From Candidatus Bipolaricaulota bacterium (GTDB lineage Bacteria; Bipolaricaulota; Bipolaricaulia; M55B111), in NCBI GenBank assembly GCA_021735245.1, contig JAIPHJ010000006.1:2610-66609 (forward strand): a stretch of DNA of 64,000 nt. The letters are read 5' to 3'. Positions within the stretch are counted from its first letter, which is position 1, and every line of letters starts with the position of its first letter. Under the pieces are notes generated by a model. That model searched no databases. It was not told the origin of the DNA and saw only the letters and a program-made list of their open reading frames with translations. Shown in pieces: positions 9,381 to 18,262 of this stretch. The translations under genes were made by a program, and so were the position numbers.

Positions 9381-10322
9381 ATGAAACAAGCTGGGGGTTT
9401 CAGCGGGGGTAGCTTTGTAACCGCGTATGATCCGATAACTCCGAGCATTATATCTCATAGTTTCCTTCTACCGGGAAGTCAAGAACTAATCGAGACTCTG
9501 GCGGTTTTTAACGGAACTGTCACGTCTGATTTGTTTTTAAACGTCGGAAAGTTCGGGGTCGAACCGAAGGGTTTCGCGAACCGTAGTTTCTTGATTTCTC
9601 CCCGTGAAAGGGTTGGTCAGTTGTATCAATCACGACGCTGCTTTACACTTTTCATTAATATGCCTCAGTATTACGTTGAAACCGACGGAAAAATATATCT
9701 GACTGAATCGGGAAAAGTCTTGAAATTTCCCCGTTCGCGGGAGGAAATACCTTTCGAAATCCGGCCAAAATCCAGGATGGTGGTGGAGTCGAAAGAGATT
9801 GTTTATTCGGAGCCGGTTCTCTCTTACCACCCTCAGCAATGGTTAAACAAAGAGGACGTTCCGCTGATGGACGACGTGGATCCTATCGTTAGAAAAGCGG
9901 TAAATTTCTCGCTTCCCCGTCTCGTTGTGGAGGCAGTGATCCGCGATTCGGACAAAGTTTTACTGGTAAAACCCTCGAGAGGGTATAACGAAGATCGCTG
10001 GACTCTGCCCGGGGGGTTCCTGGTTTACGGTGAAACGCCCGCGGAAGCTGTTCGAAGGGAGGTCGAGGAAGAGGTTGGAGCCAAACCGAGTATAGCCGGA
10101 TTGGTTAACGTTTACAGCACAATAGGTGCGGAAAACAGCTATCAGTGGGTAATATTCTACTTCTCTGCCAAAGTTCCCGGCGATCCCGGGGATTTACGAC
10201 CAAACCACGAAATAAAGCAACTGAGATGGTTCGATACTGATGAGGCGGCCGAAGCAATTCATAGCCCCGTGATGCAAAACGGGTTTCGGCAAATATTCGA
10301 CGAGGATAAAGGGACGGCTTAA
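9381..10322 (+). CDS. NUDIX hydrolase (start uncertain: 9381 as in the ORF track, or ATG at 9660)
   Basis: Nudix box GGFLVYGETPAEAVRREVEEEVG in the C-terminal half. The first 93 codons have no recognisable domain and overlap what may instead be the nrdJ leader/promoter region. Confidence 0.75.
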   Translation: MKQAGGFSGGSFVTAYDPITPSIISHSFLLPGSQELIETLAVFNGTVTSDLFLNVGKFGVEPKGFANRSFLISPRERVGQLYQSRRCFTLFINMPQYYVETDGKIYLTESGKVLKFPRSREEIPFEIRPKSRMVVESKEIVYSEPVLSYHPQQWLNKEDVPLMDDVDPIVRKAVNFSLPRLVVEAVIRDSDKVLLVKPSRGYNEDRWTLPGGFLVYGETPAEAVRREVEEEVGAKPSIAGLVNVYSTIGAENSYQWVIFYFSAKVPGDPGDLRPNHEIKQLRWFDTDEAAEAIHSPVMQNGFRQIFDEDKGTA

Positions 10323-10415
10323 CCGAAAAACCACTACCTAAAGCTTCGGAGGCTATCTATCCCAGCTTTTGTTTAATCGGACTCGCTGAGAAAGCGTCCC
10401 CCGCTCTTTAGAACT

Positions 10416-12200
10416 CTATCGGGAATAAAGGCTGTTCTTGAGTAATTTAAAGTCGTTTATAGACGATCTGAGCTCGGATATCCTCTCGGTTAGAGTCGAA
10501 GTGAGATCCGAAATTTCCTCCTGCGTCCTTGCTTTAATTTGTTGAACCGCCCATTTTTTGCTGACCGTTTCTCCGTCGAGGGTCGCTACTTTATCACTCA
10601 TATTCTCTATTTTCTGGTTCAGGGTGGAATTAAACTCGTTCACCCGGCCGGTGAGGTCGTCTCTCGCCCCCTTCAGTAACTCTATTTCCTTTTCGAGATT
10701 GCTCGTCACTTTCGACAGGTCCTGTCTGAGGCCTTTCTGTTTTTCGGTCAAGCTGGCCAGACTTTCGCTGAGCTGGGTTTGGCTGGACTCAATTGAGGTG
10801 ATTCTCTCTTCAATGGACTCGTCCTTTTTCTTTAAATCGGAGACTTTCAGGTCGAGTTCTTCCTCGAACTTATTCAGCCTCTCCTCCAGGCCGGTCTCTT
10901 TGTCCATTGCCTCTTTAATTTTATCCTGGATTTCCTGGTTTGTTTGAGATATTCTTTCAGCCAGTGAATTGGTTCCTTCCTCTAGCTTTTTAATTTCTTT
11001 CGTTACGTTATCGAAAGACGAATCCGTCTTGTTGATGAATTCCGTCAATTTATTCCTCAGTTCGTCGTCTACTTCGTTAAGTTGAGCCAGGCTGTTCTTA
11101 AGTTCCCCGTCTATCTCTTTAATTTGGGTTGATAGTGTCTCGTCACGATTGTTCAACCTGCTTATCTCGTCTTCTATTTTTGCGGCGAATTGTTCGTGGC
11201 TGGAAGATAGGGCGGAGAGTTCGCTTTCCAGATTTTTGACTCTTTTTCGGAGGCTTTCGTTCTTTGTCCTGAGATCGGCCAGTTTTCCCGTTACTTCCTC
11301 TTCTACAGAACTCAGGCTAGCCTTTAGCTCGTCGTTTTCTGCCTGGAGGCTTCCTACCTTTGACTCTATACTTTCGTCCCCCGCCCTGGAAGCCTCTCTT
11401 ACTGCCTTTAGTTGTTCCTGTAAATCTTTGGACAGAGTGGTTAGGTCCTTCGATATAGAGCTAACCTGGCTGATAAGTTCCTTCTGGCTGTCTCTTAGCT
11501 GGCTGTATTCGGTCCTGATTTCCTCGAGTTCCGATCCGAGCTGGTTGTCCGATTTCTCTAGCTTGGAGATCCGGTTCGTAAGTTTTTCCAGTTCAGTTCC
11601 CTGTTCGTTCAGACTACTGGCCAGCTCGCTCGATCTCTTTTCAAGGTCGGATATTTCTGCCAGGAGTTCGCCTTTTAGGGAATCTATGTTGGCCTGGACC
11701 TTCTGGTTGTTTTTACTCAGCCGGGAAAGATCCGATTCGACCTCCCCACGCAGGGTCTTCATCTTCTCCGACAGGTCCGAAGTAAGTTTCTTCAGGCTGG
11801 AATAGTTACCCTTCAGGCCGTCGATTTGGGTGACGGTCGACTTGAGGTCGCTGTCTATATTGTCGACGCGGGCTTCCAGTTTATCGGTCCTTGTCTCTAA
11901 ATTGTTTAACCGATCGGTAACGCTGGCTCTAATTTGCTCCATTTGCGCCTTGAATTGTTCCAGCGAACCTCCCACCCCACCAAACTTTTCGGCCAGCTCC
12001 TGGTTCGTTTGTTTTAGGTTCGTTATGGATTCACCTTGCTCGCTGTTCGTGGACTCTACCCCTCCAATCTTTTCCTGTAAGCTTTCGGTTCTGTCGTTCA
12101 AGGTAGTCAGTCTACCGTTGAAATTAAAACCTACGTACAACAAGCCTCCTATTAGCATGAGAACTGAACCGTAAAGAACAATTTTGCTAAATCTTGTCAT
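10416..12200 (-). CDS. Membrane-anchored long coiled-coil protein (function unknown)
   Basis: 594 aa. It has an N-terminal hydrophobic anchor (IVLYGSVLMLIGGLLYVGF) followed by ~560 aa of E/K/L/S-rich heptad-like sequence with no Pro/Gly breaks. The S/F/L-rich + strand ORFs opposite are its antisense shadow. Confidence 0.6.
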   Translation of the reverse strand: MTRFSKIVLYGSVLMLIGGLLYVGFNFNGRLTTLNDRTESLQEKIGGVESTNSEQGESITNLKQTNQELAEKFGGVGGSLEQFKAQMEQIRASVTDRLNNLETRTDKLEARVDNIDSDLKSTVTQIDGLKGNYSSLKKLTSDLSEKMKTLRGEVESDLSRLSKNNQKVQANIDSLKGELLAEISDLEKRSSELASSLNEQGTELEKLTNRISKLEKSDNQLGSELEEIRTEYSQLRDSQKELISQVSSISKDLTTLSKDLQEQLKAVREASRAGDESIESKVGSLQAENDELKASLSSVEEEVTGKLADLRTKNESLRKRVKNLESELSALSSSHEQFAAKIEDEISRLNNRDETLSTQIKEIDGELKNSLAQLNEVDDELRNKLTEFINKTDSSFDNVTKEIKKLEEGTNSLAERISQTNQEIQDKIKEAMDKETGLEERLNKFEEELDLKVSDLKKKDESIEERITSIESSQTQLSESLASLTEKQKGLRQDLSKVTSNLEKEIELLKGARDDLTGRVNEFNSTLNQKIENMSDKVATLDGETVSKKWAVQQIKARTQEEISDLTSTLTERISELRSSINDFKLLKNSLYSR

Positions 12201-12491
12201 TTACCTCCACCCCTTGGATATCCACGAAATGGACCGGTTTTTACAGGGCCAATTTCCCGAAGCCTCCTTACAAACGAGGTTACAGAAAGGAAAATGAAAC
12301 TACCACTGCCTCTTTCGTCAAAAAACCAATCTTTCTTTTTTGAAAGCTACATGGCAGCTCCACACTAATCTACATTATGTATACTTTGGTCTATTTGTCA
12401 AATATTCCGGTTCCAGAGATGGAATGGCCTCTGTTGAGTCCCGATGAGGGCACGAGTTGGACCTTGAATTTCAACCGAATATCGGCCGGGT

Positions 12492-12526
12492 GAAGATAAA
12501 ATGCCCCGCCGTCAGGACGGGGCATT
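12492..12526 (-). terminator. Rho-independent terminator after the MttB cluster
   Basis: Minus strand reads AATGCCCCG-tcctgacgg-CGGGGCATT followed by TTTATCTTC. The stem is 9 bp perfect (12500-12508 / 12518-12526), 31 nt downstream of the stop at 12557. Confidence 0.75.
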
Positions 12527-12556
12527 GAGTATAATTATCGATGCTGGTAAGGTACG

Positions 12557-13987
12557 CTAAATCAGCGACTTTGCTTCTTCGATGATTTCTTTAAGCTGGT
12601 CGTCCTCTTCTTTCGGTAGTGGTTTTACATCAGATTCTTCTATCAGCTGGTTCGTTAATTCCCTGGCTTTCGTTACGGCAAAGTTCTCTTCCCACTTATC
12701 CTCGCCGATCCTCCGGATCAATTCGGGAGCCATTAATTCTTCCTTGAAGTGTTTGAAGGTGTGGTTTTCCCTCAGGTAATCCCCTCCGTGTTTTACCTGG
12801 TCGATAACCTCTAGTGCAATTGCTTCCTCGTTGGTTGAGAGGTCTTTTACGGTTCGTTTTGCCATACCGGCCAGTTCGTTCGTTAAGGTAAGCAGTTCGA
12901 GACTTCCCACATCTCCGGCTCCGGCAAAGGATAGGTCATGGATCAAATTCTGGCCGCCCAGAATAGCTCCGTAGAGTGAGAGGGCGGACTCGACACCGGC
13001 CTGGTAGTCGAGATCGTAGGAGTTCGTACAGCCTCCCGTGCCGTAGATCGGCATTTCTATCATGCTTCCCCATTGACCCGTCGCCGATTGAAGGATCAGC
13101 ATCTCCGGAGAAAAGTAAGTATTCAGGGCCGTGCGCATGTCCATTACGAGTGGTGAGGCTCCTAGAATAACCGGAGTCCCGGGGTTGTTTAACTGAGCGA
13201 TTACGTTTCCTCCCAGCGACTCAGCGAAGGCCTGGGCGAGAGACCCGGCCAGGGTCATCGGGGCCGTGGCACCTGCTTTTTGAGCCGGGTACCAGAGCAG
13301 AGGCAATCCAACGTCCGTCCACCTCAGGAGGACCTCCAGGTTCTCTTTCCTGAATGTCAACGGCGATACCGGCTCGGCGTACATGGTGACGAGCGGGTTT
13401 TGGGATAGTTTACCTCTGCCTCCCGCTACCACCGCAATCATATCAATTAGCTTGTCGGTTAGCTCTCCCCCGTACCAGTTTACGATAGCCCCGTGTTTAC
13501 TGCTATTGGCCAGTACAGAGTATAGCTGGTAAAAGCCAAGCATCGGGTCGTCGGTAAGGGTGAAGATGGACCAGACCACGTCAATATTCGAAAGCTGGTC
13601 CCCAAGTTTTACGGCATCGGATAAATCGTCCCTTGTGGCCTTTCTTCGCTCTTCCCGGTCGAGGTCGAGTACTGAAGTAGTACCCGTACCGGCAGTAAAG
13701 AACGATTTTTCGTAATCGAGTTCGAATTCGTTGTCACTGTTTCGGGCCCCCATCTTGAATGAAGATGGTGCTTTATCCAGCGAGTCGCTTACGATATCGG
13801 GTGGAATCTTGACAACGTGATTATCGGGGTCCACTCGACAGCCGTTCTCATCGAGAATTTGTCTTGATTTCGGGTCTTCTACCTTAATTCCTTTTTCTTC
13901 CAGGATTCTCATAGCAGCCCGATGGATAGTTTCTACCTGTTCGGGAGAAACTAAACTAAGTTGACCGCCCTTTGTCCCTTTTCGCAC
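12557..13987 (-). CDS. MttB-superfamily (trimethylamine methyltransferase-like) methyltransferase, non-pyrrolysine type
   Basis: 476 aa. The N-terminus LSLVSPEQVETIHRAAMRILEEKGIKVEDPKSRQILDENGCRVD..VKIPPDIVSDSLDKAP follows the conserved MttB/MtgB pattern. There is no internal TAG. Confidence 0.85.
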   Translation of the reverse strand: MRKGTKGGQLSLVSPEQVETIHRAAMRILEEKGIKVEDPKSRQILDENGCRVDPDNHVVKIPPDIVSDSLDKAPSSFKMGARNSDNEFELDYEKSFFTAGTGTTSVLDLDREERRKATRDDLSDAVKLGDQLSNIDVVWSIFTLTDDPMLGFYQLYSVLANSSKHGAIVNWYGGELTDKLIDMIAVVAGGRGKLSQNPLVTMYAEPVSPLTFRKENLEVLLRWTDVGLPLLWYPAQKAGATAPMTLAGSLAQAFAESLGGNVIAQLNNPGTPVILGASPLVMDMRTALNTYFSPEMLILQSATGQWGSMIEMPIYGTGGCTNSYDLDYQAGVESALSLYGAILGGQNLIHDLSFAGAGDVGSLELLTLTNELAGMAKRTVKDLSTNEEAIALEVIDQVKHGGDYLRENHTFKHFKEELMAPELIRRIGEDKWEENFAVTKARELTNQLIEESDVKPLPKEEDDQLKEIIEEAKSLI

Positions 13988-14031
13988 GATAAATCACCTC
14001 TATTGTCCATATTTGACAAAATTTCCAGTTG

Positions 14032-15483
14032 TTATTTGGGTAAGTGAATGTTAAATCGGTCTCTAATTTTTTCGTCGACTTCTTCCGATAGGAGGTTGTC
14101 CTTCGTACTGTCCAGTAGTTTCCTTGCTCGTTTCCTGGCTCGGGCGCGAGTGTCCATTGATCCGTTATTTTCCCAGGTGGTTCTGTCTTCACGATCGACT
14201 ACGCTCGGCTTGTAAAATTCCTCCGACCGGGAGTAATTTACGGTATGTTGCTGGGTAAGAAAGTTATTACCCGGTCCTACCTCTTCGATTACATCCAGGC
14301 CGATCCTATCCTCGTCCACCTCGATTCCCCGGAGAACTCTCAGAGCCATTCCAATAACGTCGTTGTCGATAACGAACTTTTCGTCGGCTACACAGAGCAT
14401 TGACTCCATCATTCCTGCTGCGTGGTGGATATAGTTACCACCTGCAAGTCCGACCTGAAGCATGTTGAGGGCGGCTTCGGCCCCCGCCTGTGTATCGGGC
14501 AATTTGGAGTCACTCTCTCCTGCGTCGGAATATATTGGGACGTCGATGTGGTCTGCCAGTTGAACTGTCGCGACGTTCATCATCCCCGTCTCAGGTGCCC
14601 CCGCCAGGTAGGCCATGTTCTTCATATTGGCCGCAGCCGGGACGGGTCCGTAGAGAACAGGAGCTCCTTCAGAAAACATCTGGGCTAGAGTAATCCCGAA
14701 CAGCACTTCTGCGTGGACCTGAGCAAGCAGGCCCGATAGAGTTGCGGGAGCTGTAGAGCCGGTGACCGGTGCCGTAGATAGGACAACGGGGAGTTCGTAA
14801 TCGGTTATTCTTCTGAGAACTTTTGTAGTTTCCGTATCCAATTTTAACGGGCTTACCATCCAGCTGGTTACGAATGAAATGAAGGGTCGGGCAAGAAATT
14901 CCTCCCTGGAGCCGGCTATTATCGCCCCCATATTTACTATTTCATCAACCTTTTCCGGTCTGGTCACCGATTCCTGAACGTTCTTGAAAGTTCCGGTAAG
15001 GCTTGCGTAGATACTGTTCAGACTCAGGTCCTCCTCGGGCACGTCGGTTGGCACCACGGGAGTTTGAAAGAAGTGAACGTTTTCCAGCTTCTCGACTAGT
15101 CGTGCCAGTCTTGCCTGATCCTCAAGAGTTGGGGGCCGGACCTCCTCGGAATTCAGGTCCAGTATTTTTACAGCCGCTCCCCCCGTCCCGTAGTGAACTT
15201 TTCTGTCCTCAAGGTTTAGGTCGTATTCTTCCTTTCTTCCGTGCAGGGTTACCTTAGACGGGGCAAGTTCGAGGTAATCTCTAACTACCTCCGGTGGCAG
15301 CTTTGCTCGTCCGTTCTTATGGTTGACCCGGGCACCGTTACTATCGAGAATTTCGAGAAATTCGTCCGAATCGACCTTTACACCTACTTTTTTTAACAGT
15401 TTTAAAGCGGATTCGTGGATTAAATCCACCTCGTCATCGCTCAATAATTTAAATTTATCGCCCACTAATCCTGCGTACTTCAT
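14032..15483 (-). CDS. MttB-superfamily methyltransferase, non-pyrrolysine type (second, divergent paralogue)
   Basis: 483 aa. LLSDDEVDLIHESALKLLKKVGVKVDSDEFLEILDSNGARVN..AKLPPEVVRDYLELAP. Full length with no internal TAG. Confidence 0.85.
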   Translation of the reverse strand: MKYAGLVGDKFKLLSDDEVDLIHESALKLLKKVGVKVDSDEFLEILDSNGARVNHKNGRAKLPPEVVRDYLELAPSKVTLHGRKEEYDLNLEDRKVHYGTGGAAVKILDLNSEEVRPPTLEDQARLARLVEKLENVHFFQTPVVPTDVPEEDLSLNSIYASLTGTFKNVQESVTRPEKVDEIVNMGAIIAGSREEFLARPFISFVTSWMVSPLKLDTETTKVLRRITDYELPVVLSTAPVTGSTAPATLSGLLAQVHAEVLFGITLAQMFSEGAPVLYGPVPAAANMKNMAYLAGAPETGMMNVATVQLADHIDVPIYSDAGESDSKLPDTQAGAEAALNMLQVGLAGGNYIHHAAGMMESMLCVADEKFVIDNDVIGMALRVLRGIEVDEDRIGLDVIEEVGPGNNFLTQQHTVNYSRSEEFYKPSVVDREDRTTWENNGSMDTRARARKRARKLLDSTKDNLLSEEVDEKIRDRFNIHLPK

Positions 15484-15509
15484 AATTCCCTCCAGTAATG
15501 TGTTTGGTG

Positions 15510-16955
15510 TTATAGATCGTAGTAAAGCATGAATTCAAACGGGTGAGGCTTGTCGTGGAACAAACTTTCCTCTTCCCGTTTGATCCTTAACCAGTTTTTT
15601 ATCTGAGATTCTTCAAATACATTCCCCCGGAGCAGGTACTCGTGATCGTTCTCCAGCGCGTTCAGAGACGCGCTTAACGACTCCGGAGCGTGTTTAATTC
15701 TTTTTTTCTCGGCTTCCGGTAAATCGTAAACATTTTTCTCTATTGGCCCGTAGCCCCCGTCTCGCGGATTCAGTTCCTTTTCTATTCCATCCAGACCGGC
15801 CATAAGGACTGCAGAGTAGGCTAGATAAGGGTTGCAGGTGGCGTCAATTGTTCTTAGTTCAACTCGCCTCCTGCTGTCGGATTGAACGTATCCCGGAATT
15901 CTTACTGCGGCACTTCTGTTTGACCTGGCGAAGACCAGATCCACCGGAGCCTCCTGTCCCGGAATTAACCTTTTGTAAGAGTTCGTGGTCGGATTGGTAA
16001 ATCCCATAAGACTCTTTCCGTGTTCGAGTAAACCGCCGATGAAATGTAGCGCCAGTTCGCTCAATCCTCCGTATTCTTCGCCCGAAAACAGGTTCTCTCC
16101 GTCCTTTACCATGTACTGGTGGAGATGCATTCCGTTGCCGGGGAAGTCGTTTACCGGTTTGGGCATGAAAGTGGCCGACATACCCGAGAGTTTGGCCATT
16201 ATCCGGGCTATATGTTTTACGTAAAGCGTATTATCGCCGGCGGTCAGAAGGTCGTCAAACCCCACTTCTATCTCCGATTCACCAGCTCCGCCGACCTCGT
16301 GATGGTGGTACTTTACGGGAATCCCCTCCCGTTCCAGAAAGGAAACTATCCTATTTCTCAATTCTATTCCGTCGTCGCCGGGACGAGGAGCGTGGTACCC
16401 ACCTGAGCTGGGCAGGGGGTGAGAAGACTCGTCGTCAGTCTCTGATTTGCTTCGATTGGTCAATTCGGTTGAATCTATCTCGAACCCACCACTGGTAGTT
16501 CCGTAGGAAAACCGGGCGTCGTTGAACAGGTAAAACTCGAATTCCGGGCTAACTAAAAATTCGTTGGCGACTCCGGTTTCTCTTAAATATCTTCTTGCTC
16601 GGGCTATCGTGCTCCGGGGATCGTCGTGAAATCTTCGTCTATTACCGTCTTCGTCGATTCGAAATATGTCACAGATTACACTTAGTACTTCCCCCTCCTC
16701 GGTGAGTTCAAATTTTGCGGTCTCCAGGTCGGGCACCAGGAGCAGGTCGCTATTCTCGACGGTACTGTAACCGTAAGACGAACCGTCAAATCCAATCCCC
16801 CTTGAGAGAAATTCCCTGGAAAAGTTGGATTCCGGAATGGTGATATGCCGCCACTTACCAATCGGGTCGACAACCTTGAAGTCTACGAATTCAGCTCCCG
16901 ATTCTTCGATTTTTCCGCTCAGTTCAACAAAAGAATCCTGGAAATCCTCATTCAT
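15510..16955 (-). CDS. glnA: Glutamine synthetase type I family ligase
   Basis: 481 aa. Motifs: FVDFKVVDPIGKWRHITIP, NPTTNSYKRLIPGQEAPV, SAAVRIPG and a KNVYDLP motif resembling the adenylylation-site region of GSI. Confidence 0.8.
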   Translation of the reverse strand: MNEDFQDSFVELSGKIEESGAEFVDFKVVDPIGKWRHITIPESNFSREFLSRGIGFDGSSYGYSTVENSDLLLVPDLETAKFELTEEGEVLSVICDIFRIDEDGNRRRFHDDPRSTIARARRYLRETGVANEFLVSPEFEFYLFNDARFSYGTTSGGFEIDSTELTNRSKSETDDESSHPLPSSGGYHAPRPGDDGIELRNRIVSFLEREGIPVKYHHHEVGGAGESEIEVGFDDLLTAGDNTLYVKHIARIMAKLSGMSATFMPKPVNDFPGNGMHLHQYMVKDGENLFSGEEYGGLSELALHFIGGLLEHGKSLMGFTNPTTNSYKRLIPGQEAPVDLVFARSNRSAAVRIPGYVQSDSRRRVELRTIDATCNPYLAYSAVLMAGLDGIEKELNPRDGGYGPIEKNVYDLPEAEKKRIKHAPESLSASLNALENDHEYLLRGNVFEESQIKNWLRIKREEESLFHDKPHPFEFMLYYDL

Positions 16956-17039
16956 TCTGCCCCTCCCTCGGCGAATTTTTTAATATTACTGCAGCAGGAC
17001 CGTACTTTCCATCCACTTTCTCCAGAGGTCGGCCCTATT

Positions 17040-18173
17040 TTACTCTATAGTAAAACTCTCTCTGTAGAGTTTTTTGACCTCACTCCGGTCTGGCTGGCGG
17101 GGGTTCGTCTCCGCATTTACGTTTTTGATGGCTCTGTCGACCATTTTGGGCAGGTCCTCTTCGTTTATCTCCACCCGGTATTTCGATAGATCGCGGATTT
17201 CGAACAAGCTTTCGACTTTATCCAGAAAATTCCCTTCCAATCTCCCCTCCAGTTTCTCCAGCCGTTCGGGGACCTCGACTTCGTTGTAATTCAACACGGG
17301 AAGGGTCAGTCTGGCATTGGCCAACCCGTGATTGGTATCGTAGAAGCCGCTTACCTGGTGTGACATTGCGTGGATTAACCCCAGGCCGACGTGTTGCATT
17401 GCAGCCCCTCCTAAAGCACTTGCCAGAGACAGGTCCCCTCTGGCGGTTATGCTGTCCCCGCTTTCCACTGCCTTTTCGAGCGACCTGAAGACAAGTTCCA
17501 TGGCTTTGATCGATAAAATGTCCGAGAGTTCGTTGTTTTTGGAAGAAAAGAAAGCCTCCAGAGCATGGGAAAAAGCGTCAATTCCCGTAAAAAACGTCAG
17601 ATCGGGGGGTAGAGTCAGAGTAAGCTCGGGGTCTATTACTGCGGTTAACGGAGCCATCTCCGGTGAACCTATCGATAACTTCCTGTTCGAGTTGGGATCG
17701 GATATTACCGCCCAGTAATCGACTTCGCTCCCGGTTCCGGACGTCGTTGGAACCGCAAAAAAAGGAACGCAGGGATTCGGTCTTTCCTCCCGTTCATCCA
17801 GCCGGACAATATTGGCTTCGTCATTTGCCAGACATAAACTAATCGTTTTGGTGGCGTCAATAGCACTGCCTCCGCCAAGTCCGATCAGGCAGTCGGGCTG
17901 GAACCCTCGTAAAGCTTCGAACCCTTCGGATATGGTTGATAGGTGAGGATTGCTGGTTACGTTAGAAAAGGACTCGATCTTCTTATCTTCCGATTTTAAT
18001 TGCTCGGTTATTCCTTCTACGAGTCCCAGCTCCAGGATGTCCTCCGTTGTCACTATACCTACGCGCTGGAAATCCCGACTCACGATCTCTTCTACGACCT
18101 GGCTTCTGAGTCCAGGGCCAAACTTTACTTTGGTGGGAAGTATGAAATCGAAGTAGTCTTCTTTCCGGTTCAT
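17040..18173 (-). CDS. Iron-containing (type III) alcohol dehydrogenase
   Basis: 377 aa. GLGGGSAIDATK nucleotide-binding motif and conserved His-rich metal region (HAMSHQVSGFYDTNHG). Confidence 0.85.
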   Translation of the reverse strand: MNRKEDYFDFILPTKVKFGPGLRSQVVEEIVSRDFQRVGIVTTEDILELGLVEGITEQLKSEDKKIESFSNVTSNPHLSTISEGFEALRGFQPDCLIGLGGGSAIDATKTISLCLANDEANIVRLDEREERPNPCVPFFAVPTTSGTGSEVDYWAVISDPNSNRKLSIGSPEMAPLTAVIDPELTLTLPPDLTFFTGIDAFSHALEAFFSSKNNELSDILSIKAMELVFRSLEKAVESGDSITARGDLSLASALGGAAMQHVGLGLIHAMSHQVSGFYDTNHGLANARLTLPVLNYNEVEVPERLEKLEGRLEGNFLDKVESLFEIRDLSKYRVEINEEDLPKMVDRAIKNVNAETNPRQPDRSEVKKLYRESFTIE

Positions 18174-18262
18174 ATCTCACCCCCCTCTGGCAATCCTGAT
18201 ACGATTAAAAAGGGGCCAGAAGTTACCCGGCCCCTTCCTTACGAGCTCTCGTCGGAACTTTT

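Noticed and set aside
9338-9480. NrdR box or cobalamin riboswitch upstream of nrdJ
   Set aside because: The best candidate (ACTATGAGATATAATGCT on the minus strand) is not palindromic like the NrdR consensus, and I found no B12-box-like sequence. This cannot be excluded without a model scan.
10558-12174. Four long + strand ORFs (129, 218, 114 aa and others) rich in Ser/Phe/Leu opposite the coiled-coil gene
   Set aside because: They are the reverse-complement shadow of GAA/AAG/CTC-rich codons of the 594-aa minus-strand gene. They are low-complexity, have no RBS and lie entirely within a much longer and more plausible ORF.
15510-16955. Calling the GS-like gene a gamma-glutamylmethylamide synthetase (GmaS) outright
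   Set aside because: The sequence keeps canonical GSI motifs, including a KNVYDLP adenylylation-site-like motif, so it may be an ordinary GlnA. Distinguishing GmaS or GlnA4 needs residue-level alignment that I cannot do reliably by eye. This is kept as a hypothesis only.
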